Virus record (IMG/VR): IMGVR_UViG_3300028048_000081
Span: 1 to 64,000 of that record
DNA length: 64,000 nt
Source: a virus
Taxonomy: Duplodnaviria > Caudoviricetes
Direction: 5' to 3' (one strand)
Shown piece by piece: positions 1 to 9,080 of this stretch. Positions within the stretch are counted from its first letter, which is position 1; each line of letters starts with the position of its first letter. The position numbers were made by a program, and so were the translations under genes. The notes beneath the pieces are model-generated. The model was given only the letters and a program-made list of their open reading frames with translations. It ran no database searches and was not told the DNA's origin.

Positions 1-69
1 AACTGTAAAACAAAAAATTAAAAATATAAAATTAATAAGGATTGGAATTATATCTGGAATAGAGAATTC

Positions 70-750
70 ATGACCCCTGGTGATTACAAGAAGAATATTT
101 CAATAGGATTCAATGGAAGTAATTTAATACGTAAACAATCTGGTACAGATGCTGGAAAATACTATGGTATGCTGGCCATTAGAGTAGTAACCGCTCGTAA
201 TAATGGATCTACAAATATTCGATTAGCAAATGGAAGTCTTGATAGAAATCTTAGATTCAGACATACATCTAGATCTAATGAAGGATTTAGAGATTCAAGT
301 ATATTTACAATAAAATTCAAAACTACAGATCCTAAAGAATTATTTAAACCTCTTGGAAATTGTACGGCTATACAAAATGATACAAGTTCAAATTTGATAT
401 GGAATGTAATAAGAACAAAATCTGGAGACGAATACTGGACAGTATCTGATCCCCGTGGATCTTTCTGTCCTAGCATTCGTATTCAACCTCCTGCTAAACC
501 AAATTCTACTTTAGACGGGTATCCATTTCTAGGAAGTTATAACATATACGCTCAAAATATTTCAGATGGATACAATGATCAATATACAGTTTATTTACCT
601 AATACTATATCTGATTCAGATAGAATAGTAGGAAGTTTCTTAAATCTTACGGTTACTTTCTGGGTAAATATTCCAAATACGAAACCAATTGATTGGGATT
701 CTATAAATGCGTTATTGCAATCATCTGCCCCACAAAATCCTGCGAATTAA
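70..750 (+). CDS. hypothetical protein, possibly the 3' part of a longer virion-type gene
   Basis: 226 aa N/S/T-rich ORF with no clear RBS; frame is open from nt 22. Confidence 0.55.
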   Translation: MTPGDYKKNISIGFNGSNLIRKQSGTDAGKYYGMLAIRVVTARNNGSTNIRLANGSLDRNLRFRHTSRSNEGFRDSSIFTIKFKTTDPKELFKPLGNCTAIQNDTSSNLIWNVIRTKSGDEYWTVSDPRGSFCPSIRIQPPAKPNSTLDGYPFLGSYNIYAQNISDGYNDQYTVYLPNTISDSDRIVGSFLNLTVTFWVNIPNTKPIDWDSINALLQSSAPQNPAN

Positions 751-751
751 C

Positions 752-1120
752 ATGATAAATTTAAATAAAATAATAAACAGATTAGGAAAATATTTGAACA
801 AACATATTGATGGAGCATATGATTACTATACAGAAAGTAATACATCCATCGTTAAGTTCCTTGTGTATTATCAAATCAAGCAGATTCCAGACCAACCTGG
901 AGGAGAATATGATTATAGTGATCTGAAAGAAATAGATTTTGAAATAAACATAACAACATATCAGGATTTCATCCGGATAAATATACTAGAGATATCTCCA
1001 AATGAAACAACAATCGGATACTTGAAATATGATTCCGGTAACATAGTATTTGGCGATATACTTTCAGATATTCAGAAGAAAATAAGAAGACGATTTGAAG
1101 GATACGAATTTTTGTTCTAG
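752..1120 (+). CDS. hypothetical protein
   Basis: ATG 752 just after the upstream stop (MINLNKII...). Confidence 0.7.
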   Translation: MINLNKIINRLGKYLNKHIDGAYDYYTESNTSIVKFLVYYQIKQIPDQPGGEYDYSDLKEIDFEINITTYQDFIRINILEISPNETTIGYLKYDSGNIVFGDILSDIQKKIRRRFEGYEFLF

Positions 1121-1133
1121 TAGTGTGGTAAAA

Positions 1134-2198
1134 ATGAAAATAATTAAAGACAGTATTACTTCTGCATACAAACAGTACAATGCAAATTCCAGAAATAACT
1201 TTTCGGAAGATTGTGTAAAAAGAGCAATAACACTTGCTTTAGGTATGGATTACGATGATGTAAGCAAACAGTTAAACAAAATAAAAAGGGATATCAATGC
1301 AGATGCGTATAATGTGCCCTCAGTATTTAATAGATTCCTCAAAGATAGAGGTTTAAGTTTTAAAAGTGTTTCAGAACGTATTTCCGTAGAGGAATTTTGT
1401 GAAGATCATCCTGACGGAACTTATCTTCTGCTAACTGGATCAAAAAGAACAGCTGTAAAAGGAATAAGTAATCATATGCTCTGTATAATAGACGGAGATG
1501 TTTATGATAGTTGGGATTCTACTAAAGAAATAGTAATATCACAATGTTTAGTTTCTAGGGATACATCTCAATTTGAAGATCTGGATGTTTATCAAATAGG
1601 ACAAGATGTATTTGAAATTGTATCCGATTATCTGTTTAAACTTTCTAAAAAATCCACATTAGAAAATTTAGATATTAGTTATCAAAGCAAAAATTTCAAA
1701 GAAGACGGAGATGATGGGTATGTCCTCAGGTACTATATAGGAGGAAGAACACCAGAAGATATGCCCCGCAGTTTTAAATATAGACCTAATATAAGATATT
1801 CCCATATGATTTCTGTAAAAGTGAATCCTCGTCTTTCGTACGATGATAATGTTAAACTTTTAGCGAAAAAAGTAAAACAGAAAATGTACGATTGGATATA
1901 CAATATGGATAAGGAAGTAAAAGACGCAAGAAGAGTTAGAAGTTTGGATATTAGCCCAGATTTCAAAGGGGATGTTAATGATCTTAAAATAGTTCCGGAT
2001 TGGGCAATACCTTATGTTACAAATATATATTCCGATTCTTATCCATATAAATATGAAGTATATATAAAAGCACTTCCTGGTGATCCTAGAAAGGATGAAT
2101 ATCCGGAAGTTTCCTTCTATGCTGATTCATTATCTGAACTTAAATGGGAATTCAAAGCTTACAAAGAAAAATTTAGCAGATACCAGTATGATTATTAG
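1134..2198 (+). CDS. protein with N-terminal papain-like Cys/His peptidase-fold domain
   Basis: DCVKRAI ... NHMLCIIDGDVYDSWDS pattern; starts MKIIKDSITSA. Confidence 0.6.
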   Translation: MKIIKDSITSAYKQYNANSRNNFSEDCVKRAITLALGMDYDDVSKQLNKIKRDINADAYNVPSVFNRFLKDRGLSFKSVSERISVEEFCEDHPDGTYLLLTGSKRTAVKGISNHMLCIIDGDVYDSWDSTKEIVISQCLVSRDTSQFEDLDVYQIGQDVFEIVSDYLFKLSKKSTLENLDISYQSKNFKEDGDDGYVLRYYIGGRTPEDMPRSFKYRPNIRYSHMISVKVNPRLSYDDNVKLLAKKVKQKMYDWIYNMDKEVKDARRVRSLDISPDFKGDVNDLKIVPDWAIPYVTNIYSDSYPYKYEVYIKALPGDPRKDEYPEVSFYADSLSELKWEFKAYKEKFSRYQYDY

Positions 2199-2249
2199 AA
2201 ATTTACATTCTGTAATCGTTATATAAAGTATAATAAATGTTACAGATGT

Positions 2250-2326
2250 GGGCCACTAGCTCAGTTGGTTAGAGCATCCGGCTCATAACCGGCAGGTCCT
2301 TGGTTCAAGTCCAAGGTGGCCCACCA
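2250..2326 (+). tRNA. tRNA with CAT anticodon, most likely tRNA-Ile2 (lysidine, reads AUA)
   Basis: GGGCCAC/GTGGCCC acceptor stem, GCTC/GAGC D stem, CTCATAA loop, TTCAAGT T loop, encoded CCA; body resembles Firmicute Ile2 rather than initiator Met. Confidence 0.9.
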
Positions 2327-2366
2327 CATTTGTCACTCCAGTTTACTTTCAACATATTCCATCGTT

Positions 2367-2396
2367 AAAGGATGTAGTAACCTACATCCTTTTTAA
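2367..2396. terminator. intrinsic terminator hairpin
   Basis: AAAGGATGTAG-taac-CTACATCCTTT followed by Ts. Confidence 0.7.
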
Positions 2397-2448
2397 TTTA
2401 TGAATCGTTATTAATATAGTAAAATCAGATTTAATTTGGAGGTCAAAC

Positions 2449-2859
2449 ATGGAAAGATCAGATTTAGAGTATGTAACATATCGTAAGAAACAGATTCAAG
2501 AATTGTGTCAGAAAAGTTTTACTGAAGGTTACTGTGTAGGATCTATCGATACAACAAGGAAGATCCTTAATATTTTAAGAAAGGCAGATATTTCAAATTC
2601 TGAAGCAGTAATTCCTATTTCTGTTACAAGAGAAATAAAGAGAATAATTTCTGATGCAAACTTTGTAAGAGAGCCAGATAAAAAAGTTTCCAAAAAGAAA
2701 AAAGAAGAGGAAGAAGATATTCAAGAAAAGATAGTATGCCCAAAATGTGGATATGAAGAAATTCTATCCGAAGGAAAGAATCTAGAATTCTGTCCTAGTT
2801 GCGGTGAAAGAATACTTCCGGAAGAGTATAAACTTTCACTTAATTTAGAGGAGGTCTAA
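2449..2859 (+). CDS. hypothetical protein with C-terminal zinc ribbon
   Basis: CPKCG...CPSCG; GGAGG RBS. Confidence 0.8.
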   Translation: MERSDLEYVTYRKKQIQELCQKSFTEGYCVGSIDTTRKILNILRKADISNSEAVIPISVTREIKRIISDANFVREPDKKVSKKKKEEEEDIQEKIVCPKCGYEEILSEGKNLEFCPSCGERILPEEYKLSLNLEEV

Positions 2860-2861
2860 TC

Positions 2862-3104
2862 ATGACTGATCTTTTATTGATTACCGTTATTGCGGAATGG
2901 GTAGTTATGGCAGCAATGATAGTTGTTGGAATACTTCTTGTTTATGAATGTTCCTGGCGGACTATTGAAAGACACCTCAAAGATAAAGGTTATATACATA
3001 CTATGAATTCAAAATTTGACGACGATACTATTATCATATGGGACCCATCAAAAAACAGATATGTTTCATTATACATAAAACAAGATGATGAAGAAGAATT
3101 CTAA
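2862..3104 (+). CDS. small membrane protein
   Basis: hydrophobic N-terminal helix; GAGGAGG RBS. Confidence 0.7.
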   Translation: MTDLLLITVIAEWVVMAAMIVVGILLVYECSWRTIERHLKDKGYIHTMNSKFDDDTIIIWDPSKNRYVSLYIKQDDEEEF

Positions 3105-3125
3105 ATAACCTTATTTATAGATGCC

Positions 3126-3172
3126 GGACGGGTTTTGTAACATCCTGAAAGCCCCGTCTAAAAATACTAAAA
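3126..3172 (+). promoter_or_regulatory. preQ1-I riboswitch-like element (atypical, longer loop)
   Basis: GACGGG/CCCGTC stem, loop starting TTTTGTAACATCC, A-rich tail TAAAAATACTAA; upstream of a queuosine-precursor transporter. Confidence 0.5.
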
Positions 3173-3189
3173 ATAAAGGAGGTACAAGT

Positions 3190-3219
3190 ATGAATATTAA
3201 AGATTTAACTCCTGATTAA
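3190..3219 (+). CDS. 9-aa leader peptide MNIKDLTPD (uORF or deletion remnant)
   Basis: AAGGAGGT RBS before ATG; stop lies inside a hairpin. Confidence 0.45.
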   Translation: MNIKDLTPD

Positions 3220-3245
3220 TACTATTGTGTTATCAGGAATTTTTT
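3210..3245 (+). terminator. attenuator-like hairpin plus T tract
   Basis: TCCTGAT...ATCAGGA followed by ATTTTTT. Confidence 0.45.
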
Positions 3246-3270
3246 ATGTGTTTAAGATAAGGAGTATAAT

Positions 3271-4014
3271 ATGAGAAAAATAGGATTATTAGAACAGACA
3301 AAAGACGCTCTCAGAGCAGTACCTGGATTAGTTACATCTATATTCATACTTTCTATAGTAGTAATGAATCTTCTTGCAAATAAGTCAGTATTCAATGTAC
3401 CTTGGCTTGCTGCAACTTCGGGAGTATTTGTATCCTGGGTATCTTTTCTCTGTATGGATTCAGTATGTAAACGATTCGGATATGTTGCGGCGACACTTTT
3501 AAATACTGTTGCTATGGTTGTCAGTCTTGCTACTGCAATTCTTATTATGATTATTATGAAAGTTCCTGGTGTATGGGCAGCCAGTTTTTCTAGTACTGAT
3601 CCTGAAGTTTCAAATGCTATAAATACAAGTTTAGATGTTACATTTTCTTCTGCATGGTACATTATAGTAGGATCTTCCCTTGCAATGTTTTTAGGTGGCG
3701 TAGTAAATACAATAATGAATCATATTGTAGGGGTAAAATTGGATAATCAAGGAACATATAAAGAATTTGCTATAAGAAGTGTTGTTTCTACTGCGCTAGG
3801 TCAATTTACAGATAATTTTGTATTTGGACTTTTTGTTTCTCATTTCTTCTTTGGTTGGACAATGACACAAGTCATTATGTGTTCATTCTTTATGATGATT
3901 CTGGAACTTGTTTTTGAAGTAGTTTTTACACCTGTTGGATACCATGTTTCCAAAATGTGGAAGAAAGAGAAGGTGGGAGAAGAATATATCAAAAAATATG
4001 ATGTTCAGGAGTAA
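3271..4014 (+). CDS. queuosine-precursor (preQ0/preQ1) transporter, Vut_1/YhhQ-like
   Basis: multi-pass membrane protein with MNLLANK and RSVVSTALGQFTDNFVF motifs. Confidence 0.8.
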   Translation: MRKIGLLEQTKDALRAVPGLVTSIFILSIVVMNLLANKSVFNVPWLAATSGVFVSWVSFLCMDSVCKRFGYVAATLLNTVAMVVSLATAILIMIIMKVPGVWAASFSSTDPEVSNAINTSLDVTFSSAWYIIVGSSLAMFLGGVVNTIMNHIVGVKLDNQGTYKEFAIRSVVSTALGQFTDNFVFGLFVSHFFFGWTMTQVIMCSFFMMILELVFEVVFTPVGYHVSKMWKKEKVGEEYIKKYDVQE

Positions 4015-4033
4015 TTAGTATTAGGAGGAAAAG

Positions 4034-5506
4034 ATGAACCTTGAGAATTTATCGGGACTTCAGATAGGTAAACTTGTAAATGACGGAATCATTAAACCTA
4101 CGGAAGTTATTGAGTATTTCAAAGATAGAGTAGAAAAAAGAGATAAATCAATAAACGCTTTCACCTATACAAAATTTGATGAGGCATTTGATGAAGCAAT
4201 TAAACTAGAAGAAAGATTGAAATCAAATGAATATGTTGGACCATTTGCTGGAGTTCCTGTTGCATTAAAAGATTTTCTACCTTCTAAAAAGGGTTGGCAG
4301 AATTCTCATGGAGGAGTCAAATCTCTTATTCGTATAGATGATGCAGATTCTGAGTTTTGTAAATCTGCTGAGAAATTAGGGGCGATACCAATAGGAAAAA
4401 CTAATGCCCCTGCATTTGGGTTCAGCGGAGCATGCCAGAATAAACTGTATGGAGCAACAAGAAACCCGTTCAATACAGATTATACTTGCGGAGGATCTTC
4501 AGGTGGGACTGCTGCCGCTGTAAGTGACGGATTGATTGCTTTTGGAGAAGGCGGAGATGCAGGAGGATCTATCCGAATTCCTTCTGGATGGTGCAATCTA
4601 TTTGGTTTCAAACCGTCATTAGGAACAGTTCCTAGTTATTGTAGACCCGATGCATGGACAGCAACTCATCCTTATTGCTTCAATGGGTGTTTGACAAAAA
4701 CTGTTGAAGATAGTGCAATGATGCTCAACTCAATGGCTCATTTTGATCCAAGAGATCCTATAAGCTTGCCTATTAATTCTAGAAAAGATTTCTATGAATT
4801 AATGAAACGACATATAAAGGATATGAAGATAGGATTTACATATGATTTTGATATGTATCCTGTTGATCCAGAAGTTGCAAAAGCAATAGATGAAACAATC
4901 AAACAGATACGCTTTACAGGTGCTAAAGTAGAACATGTACATTTCAACTTTAAACATACATTAGAAGAAATAATGTTTTGCTGGGCATGGTCAATATCTG
5001 TCGATACTGCATTGGATCTAAGTATGTGGAAGGAACAAGGGCTAGATTTGATCAAAGATCACAGAGACGAACTTCCCGAAGAATTTATTCATTACAATGA
5101 AGTTGCAGCGGATGCAAACATATTCTCTTTTAGAAAATTTAATGAAATAAGAACTGATATACTTGATAATTTTGAGGATAAATTTGAAGATTATGATCTT
5201 ATAATATCTCCTACTGCTTGCTGCCCTCCAATGAAAATAGAGGATGAAGGTAAGATAAAAGAAGTTAACGGAACAATTATGAATCCAGATTACTCATTCA
5301 TAGAATTTGGGGAAACTCCTATGGTCAATTTTGTAGGGTATCCTGCAGCATCTGTTCCTTCAGGATTAATTTATGATAATCTTCCGACAGGTATGCAAGT
5401 TATAGGAAGAAAATATCATGATGAAGATGTTCTTTCTCTTTCCTATACAATTGAACAGATAAAACCTTGGTCTTACAACATTCCAAATGACAGAAAATTA
5501 GATTAA
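4034..5506 (+). CDS. amidase-signature family amidase (GatA-like)
   Basis: GVPVALKD, GKTN, GGSSGG, DAGGSIRIP: intact Lys-Ser-Ser triad motifs. Confidence 0.92.
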   Translation: MNLENLSGLQIGKLVNDGIIKPTEVIEYFKDRVEKRDKSINAFTYTKFDEAFDEAIKLEERLKSNEYVGPFAGVPVALKDFLPSKKGWQNSHGGVKSLIRIDDADSEFCKSAEKLGAIPIGKTNAPAFGFSGACQNKLYGATRNPFNTDYTCGGSSGGTAAAVSDGLIAFGEGGDAGGSIRIPSGWCNLFGFKPSLGTVPSYCRPDAWTATHPYCFNGCLTKTVEDSAMMLNSMAHFDPRDPISLPINSRKDFYELMKRHIKDMKIGFTYDFDMYPVDPEVAKAIDETIKQIRFTGAKVEHVHFNFKHTLEEIMFCWAWSISVDTALDLSMWKEQGLDLIKDHRDELPEEFIHYNEVAADANIFSFRKFNEIRTDILDNFEDKFEDYDLIISPTACCPPMKIEDEGKIKEVNGTIMNPDYSFIEFGETPMVNFVGYPAASVPSGLIYDNLPTGMQVIGRKYHDEDVLSLSYTIEQIKPWSYNIPNDRKLD

Positions 5507-5578
5507 TCACTACTATTCAATCTATATTTATTTTGAACCCAACCTTCTATATGTGTATATAGGAGGCTGGGTCTATTT

Positions 5579-6022
5579 ATGAAATTTTTGAAAATACCAG
5601 AAATAGAAATAACAGATACAATATTATGTTCTAAGAAATTTAGATCCTTCATAAAAATATTTGCTTCTAGTTCTAGAGATTTAACTAGAGATATTGTAAG
5701 AGTTAAATCTTCTAATGTTTGGGGATATAATATTAACATAAGAAAAAATGGGGATAGTACTGGTGATGTATATGTTCAGTTTAAAGGAGATAAAGGAGGA
5801 CCTGGGGACATATATGTGTATTATGATGTTCCGGTAGATATATATAGGCGTTGGCAATCGGCTCCCAGTAAAGGTCACTATTTCTGGAAATATATAAGAG
5901 GTAAATATCAATATTCTAAATTAACTGGGGATAGAAAGACAAAGATGAAAGGTGGGGTAACATCACCTCAATCTATATCTAGGACTCCAAGTGAAGAAGA
6001 AGAACCATCAGAAGCAAGTTAA
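5579..6022 (+). CDS. KTSC-domain protein
   Basis: VKSSNV...YVYYDVP...APSKGHYFWKYIRGKYQY. Confidence 0.75.
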   Translation: MKFLKIPEIEITDTILCSKKFRSFIKIFASSSRDLTRDIVRVKSSNVWGYNINIRKNGDSTGDVYVQFKGDKGGPGDIYVYYDVPVDIYRRWQSAPSKGHYFWKYIRGKYQYSKLTGDRKTKMKGGVTSPQSISRTPSEEEEPSEAS

Positions 6023-6046
6023 TATTATTTTGAGGAGGTAATTTGA

Positions 6047-6988
6047 ATGAAAGGGTTTGATATCAGTTATTGGCAAGGAGACCATAGCGTTTCGGATTTC
6101 AAAAAAGCAAAAGAGAAAAAATGGGAATTTGTGTTTATTCGTATAAGTTACAATTGCCCTGCTTCTCCGGATTCAAAATTTGAAAAGAACTATTCTGCAG
6201 CAATAAAAGCAGGAATGAAGGTAGGCGTATATCACTATTCTAAAGCAACATCTATTGCTAAAGCAAAATCAGAAGCACAATCTGTTTTAAGTATACTGAA
6301 AAAGAGAAAGTTACAGTGCCCAGTATTCTTTGATTGCGAAGATTCTGTTCAAAAGAGACTTGGAAAATCTAGACTGAAGAAAATATGTGAAGAATTCTGC
6401 AGAATAGTAGAAGAGAATGGATATCAAGCAGGAGTATATTCTTCTTATGATTTCTTAACTAATAAGATAGATAAGATTTCAGATAAGTATATGATATGGC
6501 TTGCACAATACCCGAAAGCAACCTATAAGGGGAGATATGAAATACATCAATATTCTAGTTCCGGATCTGTTCCTGGATTTGGAGATTCCATTGATGTAGA
6601 TAAATCAGATAAATTAAAATTTGGAGATTATCCTGTAAATAAGAAAACAACAAGCAAGAAAAAGGAAACTAAGAAAACAACAAGCAAGAAAACGACAAGC
6701 AAGAAAACAAAATCTTCGTCTAAAAAGAAAGAAGTTACAGAATCAATAATAAAAGCAGTTATTGACGGAAAATATGGTAATGGAGATGACAGAAAGAAAA
6801 ATCTTGAAAAAGACGGATATGATTACAAGAAGGTTCAAGATGCAGTTACACTTAGAGTAGTAGCACAAGATGTCATTTCCGGAAAATATGGTAACGGATT
6901 AATTAGAAAACTTAGACTTAAGAGAAAGGGATATGATCCGGAGAAAATTCAGAAAGAAGTAATCAAGCTTCTAAATAAGAAAAAATGA
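6047..6988 (+). CDS. endolysin, GH25 muramidase with two CW_7 (Cpl-7) repeats
   Basis: GFDISYWQG, FFDCED, HQYSS; GKYGNG repeats; Lys/Thr-rich linker. Confidence 0.9.
   Translation: MKGFDISYWQGDHSVSDFKKAKEKKWEFVFIRISYNCPASPDSKFEKNYSAAIKAGMKVGVYHYSKATSIAKAKSEAQSVLSILKKRKLQCPVFFDCEDSVQKRLGKSRLKKICEEFCRIVEENGYQAGVYSSYDFLTNKIDKISDKYMIWLAQYPKATYKGRYEIHQYSSSGSVPGFGDSIDVDKSDKLKFGDYPVNKKTTSKKKETKKTTSKKTTSKKTKSSSKKKEVTESIIKAVIDGKYGNGDDRKKNLEKDGYDYKKVQDAVTLRVVAQDVISGKYGNGLIRKLRLKRKGYDPEKIQKEVIKLLNKKK
6641..6712 (+). repeat. imperfect tandem repeats encoding the KKTTS linker
   Basis: AAGAAAACAACAAGC-type unit recurs about three times. Confidence 0.7.
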
Positions 6989-7085
6989 CCTTGAGATTTA
7001 AGTTATGACCAATTTTATATTTGGTTCTATAAGATAGTACTTTATAATTACATTACCTGATACAATAAATAGTTTATATACTAGT

Positions 7086-7871
7086 TCAAGGTTTAAAACC
7101 CTCTAGCAGATCAATTCTTTTCTTAACTACTTCTACAAGATGTTTTTCTGCTAGAGGGTATAATTTTTTTAACTTGTTGAAATCTATCTGATACATGTTA
7201 GACATTTTCTGTAATTCTGAATCGTCCAATTTATCTTGAAGTATCAGCATATCTTGTATCATTAGTTTGCATAATCCTTCATCGGTATCTATATTGAAAT
7301 CAGAATCAATGTCTAAACTGAATGCAAGATCTGGTTCATCTTCGTCAAATGTAAATAAATCAGTATTGGTTGGATCTTCTGGATATAAAGATCCAAATAT
7401 CATTTTCAAAGATTCCATTTTGTCAGCAGGTAAATCTACATCCTTTAAATCATCATATGTTACCTTTGCCCAATGTTTTCCTAGTTGCTTTCCTGCCTCC
7501 ATACATAAGGACCTTCTAACAGAATATTTTACTGTGTTAAGTTCTCTTTCTATCATCTCACCTAATCTAGGTTTGAAAAACACAGCAAATGATAAGTCTT
7601 GTCTGTAGCCTTTATGCGTTTCGTCACCCTTCCATTTGTACCACCAGAAACAATCGCAGAAATGACAAACGCAAGATTGGAACTTATCTTCGTAATCTAT
7701 TGCAGAATTATTTATAAATGTATGAGACGCAACATATCCAAAAAATTTATAATTGAGTTCTATTATTTCATCTCTTTCAGAGATACAGTTCATTCGTGCT
7801 TCTTTTTCTTGAGGCATGCTGTCATATATCTCTAATGTTCGTTGCTTTATATAATCAGTTGAGTATCCCAC
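7086..7871 (-). CDS. divergent sigma70-like phage transcription factor
   Basis: ERDEIIELNYKFFGYVA...YEDKFQS...FAVFFKPRLGEMIERELN follows sigma region 2 pattern. Confidence 0.6.
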   Translation of the reverse strand: MGYSTDYIKQRTLEIYDSMPQEKEARMNCISERDEIIELNYKFFGYVASHTFINNSAIDYEDKFQSCVCHFCDCFWWYKWKGDETHKGYRQDLSFAVFFKPRLGEMIERELNTVKYSVRRSLCMEAGKQLGKHWAKVTYDDLKDVDLPADKMESLKMIFGSLYPEDPTNTDLFTFDEDEPDLAFSLDIDSDFNIDTDEGLCKLMIQDMLILQDKLDDSELQKMSNMYQIDFNKLKKLYPLAEKHLVEVVKKRIDLLEGFKP

Positions 7872-7895
7872 AATTACCCCTCTGCACTCTAATTA

Positions 7896-8381
7896 TCAAA
7901 GCTCTATAAATGTTTTTCCCTCAAATTGTTTATCATGTTTGATAAGGTACCACAGTTTATCATATGATGTATTGTAATATTCTGCGGCATTTCGTATTGA
8001 ATCAAATTCTTTGTTATCTTCTACGCATTTTACTTTGTTTCCAGAAAATTTATAATTTTCAATATTTGGAATAGGTTTAGACCAAGTAAGATTTGATACT
8101 TTGTTATTTGATTTATTTCCATCTATATGTTTAACTAATTTTAGATGCTCAGGATTGTCTATGAAAGTTTCTGCTATAAGTCGGTGTAATTTTTCAATTT
8201 TTCCATTTATACGAATGTAGTAATATCCAGATGTTGTATGAATATCTACTTGTTCAGGATCAACTTCTTTCTTTGTTCCATCAGAAAATATTTTAGTATA
8301 TCCTCTTTTTCGTATTTCTCCTGAGGTAGATACTTCATACTCTTCAAATTTAGAACATGTTTTCCATTTTGTTTCTGACAT
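7896..8381 (-). CDS. NUMOD4-HNH-NUMOD1-type homing endonuclease
   Basis: YEVSTSGEIR, LHRLIAETF, VKHIDGNKSNNKVSNLTW, C-terminal HTH. Confidence 0.85.
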   Translation of the reverse strand: MSETKWKTCSKFEEYEVSTSGEIRKRGYTKIFSDGTKKEVDPEQVDIHTTSGYYYIRINGKIEKLHRLIAETFIDNPEHLKLVKHIDGNKSNNKVSNLTWSKPIPNIENYKFSGNKVKCVEDNKEFDSIRNAAEYYNTSYDKLWYLIKHDKQFEGKTFIEL

Positions 8382-8410
8382 AAATGTCCTCCTTATACGA
8401 TTACAATAAC

Positions 8411-8439
8411 ATTATAAATATTTTTGATATTGAAGTCAA
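8411..8439 (-). promoter_or_regulatory. sigmaA-type early promoter
   Basis: TTGACT-N17-TATAAT on the minus strand. Confidence 0.75.
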
Positions 8440-8484
8440 TATCAAATATAAATTATGAAGTATGAATTTATTGTTAGAACATAT

Positions 8485-8513
8485 ATTATAGTATATAAAT
8501 TGTATGAAGTCAA
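8485..8513 (-). promoter_or_regulatory. second tandem sigmaA-type promoter
   Basis: TTGACT-N17-TATAAT on the minus strand. Confidence 0.75.
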
Positions 8514-8524
8514 TAATATTATCA

Positions 8525-8760
8525 ATCAAAATGTTATTGAATTCATGATAATTTAAAAAATCAAATGTTATTGAATTCATACAAATTATATAAAGATAAT
8601 TATTCATGAATTCATATAAATTATGATCTTAAATGTTATTGAATTCATACAAATTATGAAATACAAAACTGTTAAATTCATAAACTTTTAAAAAATCTAC
8701 ATTATATTAAACAATTATAAACAATTAAGTAAACAATTATAAACAATTGTTTGTAAAATT
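8525..8760. repeat. AT-rich iteron-like repeats, candidate replication origin
   Basis: AAATGTTATTGAATTCAT x3, AAACAATT x4, extreme AT content just upstream of replication genes. Confidence 0.55.
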
Positions 8761-8929
8761 TCATTTAAATTTTATCGCTCATTCAAATCTTCTATATCTG
8801 TCCTTAATATTTATTAAGATTTAAATATAAGAAACCAGTTGATATTTTTTCAAATATATATTATCATTGAAATATGATCCAAAATTTCTGAGATTGAAAT
8901 AATATAATGACACTCAGAGTAGATCAGCG

Positions 8930-9027
8930 AATGCGGCGTTGGTATACACTATCGTGTAGAAAGTCCGCATTACTTCCTACAAGGATTGAAGACTTTGATC
9001 CGTGATAGTGTATATCAACGTCGCATT
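8930..9027 (+). ncRNA. structured element: 24-bp basal stem with two inner hairpins
   Basis: AATGCGGCGTTGGTATACACTATC pairs with GATAGTGTATATCAACGTCGCATT using two G-U pairs. Confidence 0.55.
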
Positions 9028-9080
9028 TATATTTTCAAATCGTTAGTATCTGTGTGAAATTATAAAGAAAAGGAATTCAT

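Noticed and set aside
1-72. Phase-variable A-run frameshift joining an upstream frame to the 70..750 ORF
   Set aside because: Frames overlap plausibly, but upstream context is outside the window so it cannot be supported
8401-8607. 68-aa minus-strand ORF
   Set aside because: Low-complexity AT-rich frame that contains two promoters
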